Origin: Candidatus Rokuibacteriota bacterium
GTDB taxonomy: Bacteria; JAUVQV01; DATDCY01
Length of the DNA: 36,764 nt
Reading direction: 5' to 3'
Assembly: GCA_031406795.1 (NCBI GenBank)
Contig: JANOHV010000218.1
Location: forward strand, 1 to 36,764
The notes under the pieces are model-generated. The model was given only the letters and a program-made list of their open reading frames with translations. It did no database searches and was not told where the DNA came from. Below are positions 35,269-36,764 of the stretch, one piece after another (positions within the stretch are counted from its first letter, which is position 1; the number at the start of each line of letters is the position of its first letter). A program made the translations under genes and the position numbers.

Positions 35269-36764
35269 ATGGAAGAGAGCCGGCCGGTGTCCACGCTTTC
35301 CGAAAGCCAGCGCGCCATCGCCCGGGGCGCCGGCGTCAACATCCTCGGGACCATCGGCAAGGCGCTGACCCCGGTCTTCTTCATCCTCGTCACCCGGCTC
35401 TACGGCCCGCACGACATGGGCCTCTTCTATCTGGCATTCGTCTTCCTCGACAGCCTGGTCACCAGCCTGACCGTGAGCGGGTTCAACGACGGGGTGCTGA
35501 TCTACGCCTCGCAGTGGGCCGACAAGCCCGAGCGGGAGGCGGAGTTCTACCGCGTTCTCGCCAATGGCCTGGTGCTGACCCTGAGCATCGCCGGCGGGGT
35601 GCTGCTTCTCGTGCACTTCGGCGGGCTGGGGTGGCTGCTCGCCCGGTACGGGCAGCCGCAGATCGCGGAGTCGGTGCTGTTCATGGCCTGGGCGCTGCCG
35701 TTCGTCTGCATCCCGATCATCGTGGTCGCCGCCACGAAATCCCTGATGATCATGAAGTGGGACGCCCTGGTCTACGGATTCTGCAAGCCCGCCCTGCTGA
35801 TCGCCACCACGGTCGGCTTCCGATTCTTCGACGCTGGCCTGCCGGGGCTCTGGCGCAGCTACGTGCTCACCCATGTCGCGCTGACCGGCATCGCGCTGTA
35901 CATCTTCCGGCGCCACTTCTCCTTCCGCAAGCTGTTCCGCCAGATCCGCCGCTTCCGCTATCTCCCCGCGCTCGTTGGCTACGCCGTCCCGCAGAATCTC
36001 AACATGACCTTCAACTCCTTCATCAACAACCTCGACGTCATGATGCTGGGTTACTACGGCGTGAGCCCGGAACTCATCGGCTTCTACGGCATGGGCGCCC
36101 AGATCGTGATCAACCTGCGCCAGGTCCGGCTGGTCTTCTCCGGTGCCTATGCCCCCGTCATCTCCCGCCTCTGGGCCGAGCGCAACCGCGAGGAGATGAA
36201 CCGCTCTTTCTCCATGGTCTTTCGCTGGACGACGACGTTCGCCTTCCCGGTCGCGCTGCTGATCCTCGTCTTCCGGCAGGATCTGCTGCGGCTCTTCCAC
36301 AGCAGCTACACCAGCGACACGACGTTCATGATCCTGCTGTTGATTCCGGCGCTGCTGAACTGTTCCATCGGCCTCGCCGGCAATCTGATGGCGATGACCG
36401 GGCACTCCCTCTGGAACCTGACCAACTCCCTGTCCATCGCCGGCGCCAGCGTGCTGTTCAACGCGCTGCTCATCCCGCGGTACGGCATCCTGGGCGCGGC
36501 CGGCGCGTCGGCGCTGGCCGGCACGCTGATCTATTCCCTGGTGCTCCTCGAGGCCCGACTCGTCCTGGGGGCCTCGCTGGCCTGGAGGCGCATCTACAAG
36601 CCGCTGGTGGCCATCGTCCCGGCCCTCGTGTTCACGCTGGTCTTCACCAGCCAGGGCTTCGCGACGCACCTGTCGCTGCGGGTGGTGCTGGCGCTGCTGA
36701 ACACGCTGTCGTTCGCGGCCGTTTTGGCGGCGCTCAAGCTGGACCCGGGCGACCGGGAAGCGCT
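35269..36764 (+). CDS. Wzx/MOP-superfamily oligosaccharide flippase, runs off the 3' end of the window
   Basis: Open frame from ATG 35269 with no stop in the window (absent from the ORF track): IARGAGVNILG..VTRLYGPHDMGLFY..DVMMLGYY..IGFYG..LLIPRYGILGAA; many TM helices. Confidence 0.85.
   Translation, partial: MEESRPVSTLSESQRAIARGAGVNILGTIGKALTPVFFILVTRLYGPHDMGLFYLAFVFLDSLVTSLTVSGFNDGVLIYASQWADKPEREAEFYRVLANGLVLTLSIAGGVLLLVHFGGLGWLLARYGQPQIAESVLFMAWALPFVCIPIIVVAATKSLMIMKWDALVYGFCKPALLIATTVGFRFFDAGLPGLWRSYVLTHVALTGIALYIFRRHFSFRKLFRQIRRFRYLPALVGYAVPQNLNMTFNSFINNLDVMMLGYYGVSPELIGFYGMGAQIVINLRQVRLVFSGAYAPVISRLWAERNREEMNRSFSMVFRWTTTFAFPVALLILVFRQDLLRLFHSSYTSDTTFMILLLIPALLNCSIGLAGNLMAMTGHSLWNLTNSLSIAGASVLFNALLIPRYGILGAAGASALAGTLIYSLVLLEARLVLGASLAWRRIYKPLVAIVPALVFTLVFTSQGFATHLSLRVVLALLNTLSFAAVLAALKLDPGDREA

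Noticed and set aside
1-36764. CRISPR arrays, tRNA/rRNA genes, transposases, integrases
   Set aside because: No regularly spaced repeats, cloverleaf or rRNA-like segments, or recombinase motifs were seen by eye; a covariance-model scan was not possible.

Overview
High-GC bacterial window with several sigma54-type promoters; the host taxon cannot be determined from sequence alone. In order: (1) the tail of a type III restriction-modification Mod gene and a complete Res gene (1-2991). (2) A ~9.7 kb sulfur island (3047-12700): siroheme/ferredoxin sulfite-reductase-like protein, a truncated and an intact TusA, a frameshifted GAF-sigma54 activator, OsmC-like and DsrE-like proteins, a signal-peptide-less NitT/TauT binding-protein-fold gene, a Methanosarcinales-type cysteate synthase, a fused sulfopyruvate decarboxylase ComDE, and a MoeB + JAB/Mov34 + MoaD/CysO-like sulfur-carrier trio whose carrier ends GG-HG. 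(3) A sigma54-driven Cu/Ag RND efflux operon with two TolC genes, CusB, CusA and a His/Met-rich periplasmic protein. (4) An MFS transporter, a small membrane protein, a metallophosphoesterase and two tandem Ser/Thr kinase-USP fusions. (5) NhaD, then envelope lipid/glycan genes: CDP-alcohol phosphotransferase, DUF3943-type outer-membrane protein, Aur1/PAP2-like transferase, two GT4 enzymes and a flippase. The strongest candidate for an undescribed system is the sulfur island, which looks like an archaeal-type coenzyme M (or related C2-sulfonate) pathway in a bacterium, coupled to a protein-thiocarboxylate sulfur relay. All family calls come from motif recognition by eye, not from database searches.
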